64,000 nt of DNA from Fistulifera solaris. Taxonomy: Eukaryota. The stretch covers positions 248,001 to 312,000 of the forward strand of contig AP026139.1 of assembly GCA_030295235.1 (NCBI GenBank), in the 5' to 3' direction. Under the pieces are notes generated by a model. That model did not search any database. It was not told the DNA's origin and was given only the letters and a program-made list of their open reading frames with translations. Positions 35,961 to 47,797 of this stretch are shown here, one piece after another (within the stretch, counting starts at the first letter, position 1; each line of letters opens with the position of its first letter). Both the position numbers and the translations under genes were made by a program.

Positions 35961-37518
35961 ATGGACACATCTAAGCGAGAAGATATGCCGTATTCTTTAG
36001 AAGAAAGGCCGAAAGTCAAACGAACGAATGATAATAAAGCTGGTGAACTTGCTTCGGTTGTTTTGCACAACGATCTTCTTTTAACGGAAGACGACGATGT
36101 TGAACTCGCGCAATCCAATAGACAGATAGAACAAGTGGAAGACGAATTAAGTCAAACGGTCAAATCTACCGCAAAAATTGTTGCGCGAACCACCATCGAA
36201 GGCATCAAATATTTCGTTTCCCTGGCCTTGCTCGGCTTTTCCATGGTCCTCATTACCGCGGCCATGTTCACCGAACAAACGACTTCTACAGCAGAAAATG
36301 GTATGCATCCTGCCGTCACATTCTGTGTCTTTTCATTCCTCATTGTCTGGCTCGCCATGATGGAAGGAGGACAAGGTTGCTTGGTCGGCTTGCAAACAAT
36401 TGACAAAACATTATACGCCGAGTCTCATCCCCGAGCATTTCGGACCACACAACTGGCACATAAGGGAGACAACATGGAACGATTCATGGTGGGTCGCCAG
36501 TTTTTGGTGGTTCTCGTCATTTTGTGATGAATATGATGTCGTCGACGGTCGAACAAGCCAGTGTGTTCAGTTTGCCGGAAAGCGTGATCGGTGTCTTTCT
36601 CGATTCCGGAATTGCCGTCATATTGACCACCGTCATGGTGGGTCAATTAACATCGCAAGTGAATGCCGCCCAATGCATGCTGGATTTTATCAACAATTCG
36701 TTCATGACGTTGACCGTGTACGTCTCTTTGGCCATTGAAACGTCCGGGCTGTTACATTCGGTATACTTGATCAGCATTCTCTTTTCCACATTGTCAGGAA
36801 AATCGATTCCATCGAACGAATCATCAGGTCGCACATATCTACAAAAGTTGTTCTTTTGGATTCGGATTTTATTCTCTGTGGCGATTCTCGTCGCCGCCTT
36901 TGTCTTTACTTTGGGTGCTTTGTTCTCGGGAAAGACCATGGCATGGGGTGGTATACCGACTGCTGTATCGGTGGCAATCTTCTTTCTTCTCATGGGTTTT
37001 GCGGGTCTGTTGGACGGTCTCCAAATTGCTTTATTCGCCGTGGTTAACAGGACCGAATCCGAACTGTCCGATCATCCTCTGGCGCATCGAAGTTGTCAGT
37101 TGGTATTCCGTGAGCCGCATACATTGGGTGCCTTTTTGATTGGACGTCAAATCTGCGTGACCGTGTGCATGTTCGTGGTGGCTCGCATTACCGCCATTCA
37201 TGTCGATGACAGTGAGACTCTCTTTGGCGTCAGTGAGGGTGTCCAACAATTCCTCAATACCGGCTTGTTGGGGGCCCTATTAACGACGATTGTTGCCTCC
37301 TTGGTTTGGCGCGTCATCGCCGCGGCATTCCCAATTGCCTTTTGTCGAATCCGCTGGTGTACATGATCATTCGACTTTGTTTACTGCTGGAACAATCGGG
37401 AATCTGCTCGGCCTCTTGGACGTTGGCCAGTCTACAGAAGAAACTGTTCGGTTTTCGTCCCGACGACGAGTATTTGGTTGATTTACGACGCAAAGAAAGT
37501 ACTTGCAGTAATTTATAA
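35961..37518 (+). CDS. SIT: Silicon transporter (SIT)
   Basis: SIT motifs MMEGGQGCLVGL, FMVGRQFLVV, GQLTSQVNAAQCMLDFIN, LLDGLQIALF, FLIGRQICVT, IVASLVWR..AFPIAF, LEQSGICSASW. Frameshifts at about 36522 and 37343 (T-runs). Confidence 0.95.
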
Positions 37519-37781
37519 TCATTGCGATTCCTGAATGTGAACATAAGAAGTTGATTCTAGAACATTGGCAATGCTAACTAAGCCTCATGCAAAGAGAGAC
37601 TATGGCCGTTCTAGCATCGAACCTCTAGAGCACCGATGATGAGACGTCGCACTGGTGTCTGACTCATTCGTCTCTAAAATTTGCCAAACAATAAGTTCGA
37701 CATCATATTTTTTGACCATGATGATAAAACACCCCAAAAGAAGTCGTACAATAATCATCTTCTTCCATAGTTAGCAATACC

Positions 37782-39486
37782 ATGTACCGCATTATAGGAG
37801 CATTAAAGTCGTTTCCCAATCGTGTGGGGAATCTTGATCTCGGCAGCCATAAATCAGACAATTACGGCCAGGAATGGCCGCAAACGATGTTGTTTCGTCT
37901 CGTCTTTTTTGGAGAAATTCACAGTCGACCGGAAATTGTGAAACGACAGGAAGACATATTACAGCAAATGATCGCGACCGGCGATTCGGTTCATGTTATT
38001 ATGGAGCATTTTTCGTTAGATATGCAACAACTGTTAGACGATTATACAAAAGGCCGGTGTTCGTTTGAAGAGTTAATCCAACAATATCAAGAGATGGGAA
38101 CCGAGGGTCATGATTTAGTACCGTACGAGTCGTTCTTGGAGAAAACACGGCAATCTTCTTCGGTCTCCTTACATGCCGGATTCTTGTCAAGAACCTATGC
38201 ACGCCAGTTGATGAAAGAAGGGGAAACGGCCGCGTTACAAAGTGCTCGTCTGTGGTTACCACCGAACACCACGCAATTGCAGGGCAATGAATTCCATTAC
38301 AATCTATTTGAAAGTATGATTACGGGACGAAATTTGGCGGAAGATGCGCCGTCAGATACGTTCCGTGGTATTTTTCAAGCGCAATTGTTGAAAGACGTCG
38401 CCATGGCACATAGAATCAATACCATCATTGAAGGACATCCCGACGATCGGTTTCTGGTACTCGCAGGAAATGGGCACGTGTCGCATTATCAAGGTGTTCC
38501 CGAGCGTGTTTTGGCACAACATCCGGATTTGATTCCGCAATCGTGCCTCATTGTGTCTCGTGTATGGAACGAAACAACGCTCTTGTCGGAAGCCACGGCA
38601 GCTCAAATCGTATCATCATCATCGTACGAAAATGCTGCGGATTACATCTTGGCCTATCAAGAAACACGGACAGAAGAGGCAGTGAAAAAGGACGTGGCAG
38701 AAATGTACAATCAAGTGGGTGACACAGCCCATCTGGAAGGAAATTTGATGCGTGCGCGAGCCATTTTGAAGTACTTGGAGTATACCGACGACGACATTGC
38801 GGTGGCCGGTCGTGACGCCTACAATTATCAAGGAGTCGGGAATCCGCATAAGCATGCCCAAATTCAGCCGGGAGAGCGTGTCTTGGATGTTGGTTGTGGT
38901 TTAGGTGTGGATAGTTTCATTGCCGCTCATCGCACGGGTCCGCACGGTCAGGTGATTGGCATCGATCTCAGTCACAGTGAAGTTGAACACGCCAATCGTC
39001 GAGCTCAATCGCGAGAGATGAAGCATCTGGAATTCATAGTAGCCGATATGGAACATATACCATTGCCCGATGCTTCGGTGGATGTCATTGTATCGAATGG
39101 TGCTTTTTGTCTCGCGCCAAACAAGAAAAAGGCCTTTGCGGAATTGTTTCGTGTTTTGCGCCCCGGTGGGAGGATATCCATTTGTACATCCACCCTTCGA
39201 TCCCACCAACTGCCCGAAGGTGTCCAATGGCCTCTCTGTATGGAAATGTTTATTGTCAAGGACCAGTTGGGACCCCTTTGTGCGGAACTGGGCTTTGAAA
39301 ATATTGTAGTCGATGACAGCAATTCGAAAATGGTCTACGAATTACCCGAAGAAACAGGCACTCTAAATCCGGATCGACATCGGGTTCATGGCAACAATCC
39401 TGCGTTTCGGCACTTAGAAGAAATCAATGAATGAACTTTGTGCTCGAGTTTGCGTCGTTGCAAAGAAACCATTGAAAAGCGATTAA
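37782..39486 (+). CDS. ChaN/Tiki-like haem-uptake domain fused to ArsM-like SAM methyltransferase
   Basis: N-terminal VFFGEIH..MEHF..QQLLDDY..AQLLKDVAMA..VLAGNGHV..GVPER (ChaN/PhuW). C-terminal YQGVGNPH..IQPGERVLDVGCGLGVD..GQVIGID..DVIVSNGAFCLAPNKKKAFAELFRVLRPGGR. The true end is probably MNELCARVCVVAKKPLKSD* after a frameshift at about 39427. Confidence 0.85.
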
Positions 39487-39570
39487 CGTACACTCTGAAA
39501 AGCAAGACGCATTGTAAATACAACAACAATAAGAAAGTTTTTTTTTCAATTAGGTTTTTTTCTATTTCTA

Positions 39571-40203
39571 TCAGTGCGCGTGTGTTGTTAAAACAGACGG
39601 CTCTTGGAGGGGAACCTGATTATCAGGTGCCAGTCCGTTCAGTTCCTGGCAGATCAAATGTTCCAAATCGTGTCCTTCTTCGCTGAGAAAGTCCATTCGA
39701 TTTTCATTCGACCACTCTTTACTTTTATGAACCCTCCAAGCCATCAGGCGACTTTTGAGGTCATTGGATACGGGAAGATGTTGGATCGGGACGATGAATC
39801 CGTAATTCTTATCGCGCACATGCCACCACGCACACGGACTGTTACCGACTTCAATATTCGAATAAAGAGGACGAAAGTCTTCCACTTGAATCTGGCCTTG
39901 TAAGCCATGCTCGTGGAGGACAGTCCGCAGATCTTCTACCAGTTGGATGCCTTTCGTGTTGAATTCGTGAAGCTTCTCAATGGAGGCAAAGAGCGGATGT
40001 CCCTTCTTGGCCACATGTTGTTTCTGCTCCGAGAGCCACTCTTCATATTGCAACATCCAGTCGTGCAGTACACCCGATTCCTCTACTTGTAAGTCATTGA
40101 CAATAGCTGGCTGGCTATGTCCTTCTGCACAATGAATATGCAGTCCTTTATCGAAACGATGAAGATGTTCGTCGAACGAGAGCAGTGAGATGGTGTATTT
40201 CAT
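39571..40203 (-). CDS. Uncharacterised protein
   Basis: Intact 210-aa ATG-initiated ORF with globular-protein-like composition; no recognised domain. Confidence 0.6.
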   Translation of the reverse strand: MKYTISLLSFDEHLHRFDKGLHIHCAEGHSQPAIVNDLQVEESGVLHDWMLQYEEWLSEQKQHVAKKGHPLFASIEKLHEFNTKGIQLVEDLRTVLHEHGLQGQIQVEDFRPLYSNIEVGNSPCAWWHVRDKNYGFIVPIQHLPVSNDLKSRLMAWRVHKSKEWSNENRMDFLSEEGHDLEHLICQELNGLAPDNQVPLQEPSVLTTHAH

Positions 40204-40577
40204 GGAAAATGGTTTTGGTGTAGTTAGCTTTGGTATAATCTATCTATCTGTGTAATGGGGCAGTTTATGGCCACGCGGATGGACCCGATGATGCCATCAT
40301 GGATGGTTTATTAAACTCCGTAGCATGCAATGCGAACCAATCGGAAAGTAAATTATTTGTACCAGGTAGGGAAGGAACTCTTTTACTCTCGAAGGGTATC
40401 TTTTTTTGTGAAGGAAACAATGAAATAATCCTTTCGGGTTATTATTGTAAAACGTTGACACCATCTGTCACGAGTCACGAGCATATATGGGACTGGATTT
40501 GAAATTTTGGTGACGTCAGCATGTTGTCTGGCCAGATGATTTCAATCACCCTTCCATCAAATAATAATCATAATATA

Positions 40578-40657
40578 GGGAAGGACGTTAAAATTCTGCC
40601 TCCCAGTACAAGATTCTACGTAGCGTCTACGACGAGGCAGAATTTTAACGCTGTTCC
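40578..40657 (+). mobile_element. 80-bp palindromic (MITE/TIR-like) element, copy 1
   Basis: GGGAAGGACGTTAAAATTCTGCCTC...GAGGCAGAATTTTAACGCTGTTCC with a perfect 17-bp internal stem; 76/80 identical to the reverse complement of 49608-49687. Confidence 0.7.
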
Positions 40658-40808
40658 AAGCGCGCCCAGGTGTTGCTGCAACGCGCCCAAGTTTTGGTGA
40701 ATTATTCGACGCAAAGGAAGGAACGACAAATAATAATAATAATGAGACCATTATTTTTTGGAAACTTAATCACCAAAGTCTATCACTCTTCCACATACTT
40801 TTTTTGCA

Positions 40809-40967
40809 ATGCCAGCTTACGATTCTGACGATTCTTCCTATGATTCTTTCGATAGCGACGATATCGTTGACGACAGCGATCTCGAAGACATTCTCATCCT
40901 ATTGCTTCTAGCCAAACAAGATCGCAGATACTCTAATTTGTTGCTCATTGCAATGCTGTTGAGCTAA
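40809..40967 (+). CDS. 52-aa acidic/hydrophobic micro-ORF (not in the ORF track)
   Basis: MPAYDSDDSSYDSFDSDDIVDDSDLEDILILLLLAKQDRRYSNLLLIAMLLS*; strongly non-random composition. Confidence 0.35.
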   Translation: MPAYDSDDSSYDSFDSDDIVDDSDLEDILILLLLAKQDRRYSNLLLIAMLLS

Positions 40968-41213
40968 AAGGTCAAAAAGCCGGATCAAAACTACTGATGG
41001 TAGACTATCAGATATACTACCAGTGCCTGTCCAATAAATCAACATATTTATCCAGGTTCCTTTCTACTTGCTCGTCTCTCATAGCACGACAAGTTCGAAA
41101 ATCGTGAACTCTGAATGCATGTCGAGAGACATGCATTTAACGAAGGCTTGCTTACTGTAGCCATTGCAAAAAAAAAAACAACAATACCTACAGTAGATAG
41201 CTTTGAATGTTTT

Positions 41214-42739
41214 CTAAGGAGCGGCACCTTTCAAAGATCCAGATTCCGTTGGCACGGCCTTATTTTGCTTATCACACACTGGTAATTGAACTCCTCGCTG
41301 TGACCAATCAACTGTGTTTTGTAATCGCCAATCAGTGTCGATAATTGTTCCTCCGTTGTAGACCGGCTCCCCATAACGTTCAAACCAGTTCGTGTGAGTA
41401 CCAATCACGTAGTTCTCTGAATCGAGGATGGCCGCTCCCGATAAACCCCCGGCGGTATCACAATAGTAGCATGCGTAGTTGTCGAGTGATAAACAGTCAA
41501 ATGCATCACCGCGGCAATTCCCTGTAGACCACATACTTCCGTACTCCATATCTTCCGGATAGCCATTGATTGTTGCATCATTCAGCCCCTTCTCACCAAT
41601 TTTTGTCTTGCGAAGCCCGGCAAAGCCAACCACGTCCCCGATGAAGGTACACCCGTCTTCTTTCGGTGCCAACAAAACAACGGCATAGTCATGGTTGAAT
41701 CGATATTTGGTACTCGTACCTCGCAAATAAGCTTGATAGGCGGTAGCACTGGTCGGATACCACTCCCCAAAGGGATCTTCGACGCGATCCTTCTCACGAA
41801 ACCGACCGGGCACAAAACGGTGAAGCTGTAACCAATCGTCCGCTTCCAGATTGTAGACACAATGTGCCGCCGTCAGAATAGCGTTTCGTGAAATCACCGT
41901 GCCGCTGCAGAATTTGCCGTCGCCGAACTCCATTTGACCCACGATGGAATAGGGATACACAGTAGTGTTGGCAATGACAGTGCGTCCATCCTCTCCTATA
42001 ACATTCCGAAGCATGGGACGTAGCTGACTCGGGGTGTATACGGTGCGTGGGGAGATAATGAGCTCCGTAGTATTGTATTGCGTCGTGTATTCTAGGCCTT
42101 CCCTATAAGAAATGCGCCTAGCACCTATGAAGCCTGATTCTTCTTCAGAATTGCCTATCACTGTTTCGTTCAACTCATCGCTAATATCGACACCATTCTT
42201 ATCCGAGAAGGAACCTTGCTGTTCTCCGTACGCAATATCAGCGAATCGTCGTTTCGATAAAAGACGGAATCCCTCGTCCTGAAACTGCAACATATTATCC
42301 TCAGTGACTGAACCCGAACTATCCACATGTCTATCCCACTCTACATCTATTTCCCGAAACCTAACTCCCTACACAAATGACATTGAGTATTACAAAGCGA
42401 TTGGCATCATTTGGCAGCGGCATCGTGCGTACCTGACACGTTGCCAGGCAAGCATTCATATAAATCTCTCCATCACCACCTTCGACGGCCGGCCCTATGA
42501 GTGAACATCCGGAGGAGCATCCGTACGGGTCCACCACCACCACCGACGCGAGGACAGCAGGGGATACCCATGACACGGCCAGGATGATGAGGACGACGGC
42601 CGTAGTGACCGTGTCTACCATAACGACCATAATGACGACGACCAGGATATCGTCCAGGATATCTTCCAGGACGTCTACGACCACCACCGTATTGATGAAC
42701 AAGTCGCTTCAATTGTGGGAGGTATTTCATTAATTTCAT
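41214..42739 (-). CDS. Trypsin-like (V8/glutamyl endopeptidase-type) serine protease with upstream Kazal-like exon and Gly/Arg/Tyr/His-rich segment; 5' end uncertain
   Basis: VIGEDGR..YPYSIVG; CSGTVI..LTAAHC; HDYAVV; GYP; CDTAGGLSGA. A GT-AG intron at 42369-42432 joins in frame to CSSGCSLIGPAVEGGDGEIYMNACLATCQ. Confidence 0.85.
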
Positions 42740-44160
42740 GATGGACGATAGGGGGAGAGAACATTATGAACGAAACTCCTTCGTTTGCGAGAAAATTCAA
42801 GGTGACGTCGGATTTCGATGGACGACTCTTTCAATCTTCCATTCTTTTTAACTAAGCCTACTTCTTCTTTGGACTTCCCCTCAGCAGATCACTTATGCGC
42901 CGAAAATCATTCTAGATGGACCCAGAACCGTCTTCTATTGCCGTTTGGAATGTGAACTCTCCTTCTGCTCAACGAAAATGAAAGAAAACCGCAAAAAACG
43001 CAACCGATTGAGATGTCGTATCGCGTATCATGACGTAATGATACAAAAACTCATCTCCGGAATGAAATATTCGAGTCAAGAAATGCAAAAGAAACGGCAG
43101 ATGCCAGACGAACGGCCATTCCTCCAATAAAAAATCACTTCATAAAAAGCGACCAGACGGATGACAAAGACAGCATTGTGGCGCTCGCTGTTGCTCTCTA
43201 TGATAGAGACGTTTGAAACACAAAGATGAAGTATTATTGAGGAAATGGAGGAACGACGCACTCAAGTCGATGTTCTACCGACACATGTATGTGTATGGTG
43301 CGTTTCCCATTCCTGTCGTGTTTCTTTTTTGGCGGAAGGGAAAAGAGTCGATGATTATAACATAATATTTGCTACTCCTCATTGAGTTAAGACTCATGAC
43401 GACAGACATTATCACCAAGATCGATGAGATTCTACCTTTTCGGATTGAACGAAGCCCATAAAGAAGTGAATCATCGACAATGTTTTGTTACGTGTCTTTC
43501 TAACCTGTTTGATTCTTTTTTAATCGCTATATATAGGGTCTTGATGATAAGCAATCTGGCCTTGAAGTAAAGCTCCAATGAATGCTTGGACGAGGTGACG
43601 AGAACAACACCGGCATCAGAAATGAAATCTATCGATACTTTCATTCGGGAGTCACATTCACTCGCCTGGGTCTCTAGCGAAACGGATCGCAACATATTCC
43701 ACCACGCTGTATGAACGAAAGGAACGGAGGCTTTGAAAATAGTTTTGTGTAGTCCGAAACGTTGCCAAAGGAAGAAACAACAATCGTACCAAAGTTCAGA
43801 GCACGTTTGTATCCAAACATTAGACACATTTATTGAAAAACCGTTTCATTACTTCATTTACGGATGAGATGCGAATCAAAGTATGGTTACTGCGGAAAAG
43901 GTATTTGCCACTATTGTCAGCGTCTTAGCTACAGTCTTGCGTCTTTTTTGTGAGGTGCGACGTACGAACGAAATAGTTTTCCAGGAGGGGAAAAAGTGAA
44001 AAGAGGATACCGGTACTCACTCCGTAATAATAAAACAGCGCAAGAAACATCATTAGTTGCACCTAAAGCCATCACCATGGCTACAATAGAAGGTAATACT
44101 TCATCCCTAGGTTTCAATTACGTCGCGATTGCATCAGACTAATAATAAAAAGTAACAGGA

Positions 44161-45375
44161 ATGTTGTCTTTGCTGTGCTGTTTTCTGTTGTCACGTGCAA
44201 ACATGCTAGGGTGCAATTTTCGACCACAAATTCGGCCCTCTTTCTGTCGACGAATGAGCTATCTGCACGCATCCTCATCCATAGATGCTCGCAATCAAAC
44301 TATTAGTGTCATTGGTGGAGGCATGGCGGGATTGGCGGTCACGTATCATTTGCTTTCGCAGGGACCTCCGAGCAGGATTCAAGTATTCGACAAGGCCCCT
44401 GTCGGAAACGGTGGTGCTTCGGCCGTGGCCGGCGGATTGTTGCATCCCTTATCCCCCCGTGGGAAATTAGTCTACAGGGGAATAAAAGGATTATACGAAA
44501 CGAATGCATTGTTGCGAGTCACCGTCCCTGCCATTGTGAAAGATCGACTGTATCGCGTCGCCACCACAGAAGCACAAGCTATTACGTTTCAACTGACGGC
44601 GCAAAAGATTCCTCGTATTTGCGAGTGGATAGCGGCGAACGAGATGCAACGCATCTGTCAGTCAGATACCGTGTACGGTGGATTAGTTTTACAAAATGGA
44701 TGCAAAGTCGTTGATGTCCCGGCTTATTTAAAAGGACTTTGGAGCGCGTGTGAACATCTGGCACAAGAAAAGAATTGTCAGTTGACTTGGACCGTCACCG
44801 AAAATGCCGCAATCAACCAAGATGATATCATTGTTTATACCGCGGGAAGTGGATTGTTCGAGCCTAATTCTTTATTGAGCGCTCCGACATTTCCCATGCA
44901 ATTGGTACACGGACAATCGTTGGTGATTCGTTGCAACAACAACAATAATCTTAAGGACGCGTTGTTGTGCGGCAAGTACATTTCACCGTTGAAAGATCCT
45001 TCTCTAGTCTTGGTGGGATCGACTCACGAATTTCGAGACGATCTTCTGTCGCCGGAAGAAGTGATTCATGAATTAAGAGAACGGACGAGTGCGGTGGCGC
45101 CGCACCTGTGGGAAGACTATATCGTAGAAAAAATTACGAAAGGTACCCGTGTACAGTCCGAACGTGGGAAACATGGTCGTTTGCCCATTGTCGGGAAGCT
45201 TCCAGGAAATAAGCAGCGTTGGGTTTTGACCGGTTTGAGCAGTCGAGGTCTTTTGTATCATGCATTGTACGGAAAGATGCTTGCGAAGGCGATTTTACAG
45301 GGATCGGAGGACTGTTTGACAGAACTGGATGATGGTATCTTGTGGTGGAAAAAGAAGCTAAAGCAGTCGACTTGA
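44161..45375 (+). CDS. FAD-dependent oxidoreductase (DAO / glycine oxidase family)
   Basis: VIGGGMAGLAV (Rossmann fold), GGASAVAGGLLHP, VHGQSL, VGSTHE, LPIVG, LTGLSSRGLLYH; intact 404 aa. Confidence 0.9.
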   Translation: MLSLLCCFLLSRANMLGCNFRPQIRPSFCRRMSYLHASSSIDARNQTISVIGGGMAGLAVTYHLLSQGPPSRIQVFDKAPVGNGGASAVAGGLLHPLSPRGKLVYRGIKGLYETNALLRVTVPAIVKDRLYRVATTEAQAITFQLTAQKIPRICEWIAANEMQRICQSDTVYGGLVLQNGCKVVDVPAYLKGLWSACEHLAQEKNCQLTWTVTENAAINQDDIIVYTAGSGLFEPNSLLSAPTFPMQLVHGQSLVIRCNNNNNLKDALLCGKYISPLKDPSLVLVGSTHEFRDDLLSPEEVIHELRERTSAVAPHLWEDYIVEKITKGTRVQSERGKHGRLPIVGKLPGNKQRWVLTGLSSRGLLYHALYGKMLAKAILQGSEDCLTELDDGILWWKKKLKQST

Positions 45376-45610
45376 TGAATGAAAAGAGAGATTTTCGTCT
45401 TTTTAGAGGTCGCGGGACTGGTGAACGCTGGGTCAAATTTGGTGGTACGTGATATGGGGGATGGATCATTTCAGGGATTATTGTGTCGCGGCAATAGGAA
45501 CGAGATTCAATTCGAAATTTCGCATTCTTTAGTACGGTTCGCTTTGTGAGAACCCCGCCTTCTTCGCGAATTCTTTTCTTTTCACAACTCCCCGGCTCAA
45601 TTTTTCAACC

Positions 45611-45958
45611 ATGAACGACCAAGAAAATGATCCGAAAATGGGTGAAAGCTCATTCCTAGCCTCGCCTTCATCATCATCCTCGTCGTCTTCGTCTTCCTCC
45701 TCTTCATCATCATCGTCCTCGTCATCGGCGCCGAAAGAAGCAACGACCGGCCACCCGACTCTGGCGGATGATCAGCAGTACTATACATACGAACAGAAGG
45801 ACGTAGCACCGCTCGGCCAGCCCACTATTGTTAAGGGTCAGCAGTATTTTACATACGGACAGAATGATGCCAATAACCGTTACGTCTACATTGGAGACGA
45901 TGAAAGTGGTGAACCAGAGTTTGTGGATTACGGTCCTCGGACTGAGACTTCGCTTTGA
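45611..45958 (+). CDS. Ser-rich microprotein with Tyr-rich C-terminal motif (paralog A)
   Basis: Poly-Ser tract, then PTIVKGQQYFTYGQ..RYVYIGDDESGEPEFVDYGP, shared with 46449-46655. Confidence 0.7.
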   Translation: MNDQENDPKMGESSFLASPSSSSSSSSSSSSSSSSSSSSAPKEATTGHPTLADDQQYYTYEQKDVAPLGQPTIVKGQQYFTYGQNDANNRYVYIGDDESGEPEFVDYGPRTETSL

Positions 45959-46448
45959 ACGAAAAAACCGATAACAAGAGGGGTGCTGTGCATGTCCTTC
46001 GTTTTGCTTTAGGAGATTGTGATAAGTCTACTGAAATTATATTGTTCATAGTAACTTGTGCTCCACTTTTGTAGTTTTGCAGTAATTGCTAAACATATTC
46101 TCCAATCGAGAATGATTAGTTAAACTAGACGTTCAAGTACAAGATACATAGACTTTTGACAAAGTTTAGAGAAGTCGTCATCGTTCTCTTGATGTCGCGA
46201 TCTTTTTGCGTATCTTTTACAGTCTGCAGATATGTACATCGTATTTCCTCGTACGATTCTACGTGATGCAGTACTGAAACTGAAAACGAATCCTGCTCTG
46301 CTCTCTGCTCTCGATCGCGTCGCGCACTTCTGCCGAGAAAAATTGCCACCACAACATCAGTTCATAAATTTCTGCTCGGTGAAATTTTTCTCAGTTCTTT
46401 CATTCAGCTCGCGTTCCTATTCTCTTTCATCATTGACTGTTAAGCACC

Positions 46449-46655
46449 ATGAGCGGCAAAGGATCTTCCGGAAACAACTCTTCGTCCAACACGGGCGGCA
46501 ACAGTGGTGGCAACTCTTACCCCCAGGTGGTGAGTGGTCACCAGTATCATCAGTACTCGCAGGGCAACTACGGGTCGGAACGCTATTCCTACATTGGCAA
46601 GGACGACAGTGGAACCCCCGAGTTTTTGGATTACGGTCCCAAGAGCAGTCGTTAG
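46449..46655 (+). CDS. Ser/Gly/Asn-rich microprotein with Tyr-rich C-terminal motif (paralog B)
   Basis: PQVVSGHQYHQYSQ..RYSYIGKDDSGTPEFLDYGP; amino-acid-level conservation with paralog A. Confidence 0.7.
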   Translation: MSGKGSSGNNSSSNTGGNSGGNSYPQVVSGHQYHQYSQGNYGSERYSYIGKDDSGTPEFLDYGPKSSR

Positions 46656-47797
46656 AGGCTGTCTGAGGACACAACGAATATGATCGATTCTGGATAAAGA
46701 CTATTGATGACGGGACTGCGAAGATCAATGGATGTATGATACCATAAGCTTCTAGAATCTCACTTCGAATCCTAACATAATACATGCTTTTATTCATCTG
46801 ATGTTCTTTAAACATTTTACAATGTCTTTCGAAAACCACTCTTGGTGCGCAATCCGTTGAGACGTGGATCATATCAACTCTACTGTACCCGTTTATATTT
46901 ACATCTATCCTCGTTCTACGAATGCTGCTTTAAAGCCTTTCTTGTTAAAGCTTACTTGGTATTGCATGTTCGTTACATCACGCTTCGACGAACAATCAGT
47001 TATCCTGGAAACCGAATGAATCGCTCATCACATTCCGGGTACGTCAACTTCAAATGCGGTTTTCTCAAGAAATCAATCAGAAAATGAATAGGCCGCAACT
47101 ACCAGGTATCACCGTAAATAATGCGAATGCAAATAATGTAAATTGATAATCGCCGCGCATCAATAGAGTGGATCCGCAACGTTCCCTTCGTCTCAACGCG
47201 TCGTGCGAGGGCGTCTTGTCACACAAACTCCCTTCCATAGATGAACCACGTTTATTTGGGAAAGGATAATGATAACCAGCCCGAGTTTGTCGATTACGGT
47301 CCCAAGTGCTGCCGTGATCAGCCTCTCGAAGAATGAGCATGTGATCCTTGATTCGAAAGAATGAGGGAAGGATATCTCTATAGCAAGGCAGCTTTCAATG
47401 ACGGAGCGTCCGATTCAGTTCAGCATAAATCTTTACATAAGCACGCCTTATCTTGAGTAAACATCGTAGTCCTTTATTGCTTGTTTCCAGTACTATGTCA
47501 TTTGCTGTCATCTGTCTTCTTGCTATCGCAAGAGCCCTTATCGTGCAGTCCCACAATCCACTGAAACGTTCGGTATACTACATTCGAAGAGGTGGTGGTG
47601 AATCAAAGGAATCTTATTCTTGTTTCCAGTGCTTCGGCAATCCTAAAAATCGCAGTTCTGCTTCAATCGAAATTCATTCATGTCGTTCCTCGCGTCTGTC
47701 CTTTCTACATTTCAGTACTAGTAAGTTGTTCACTGGTAGAAGAATACATAGTCGGGTCAATAGGCCGACCCGGTCTCGTCTAGTTAAGCTGCTTGCT

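Noticed and set aside
39432..39434. TGA ending the methyltransferase ORF as a possible selenocysteine codon
   Set aside because: The plausible C-terminus (MNELCARVCVVAKKP) lies in another frame, so a frameshift explains it; no SECIS identified.
43300..44100. Fragmentary ORFs between the protease and the oxidoreductase (similarly 46700-47750)
   Set aside because: Stop-riddled with no identifiable homology; possibly old pseudogenes, but unsupported.
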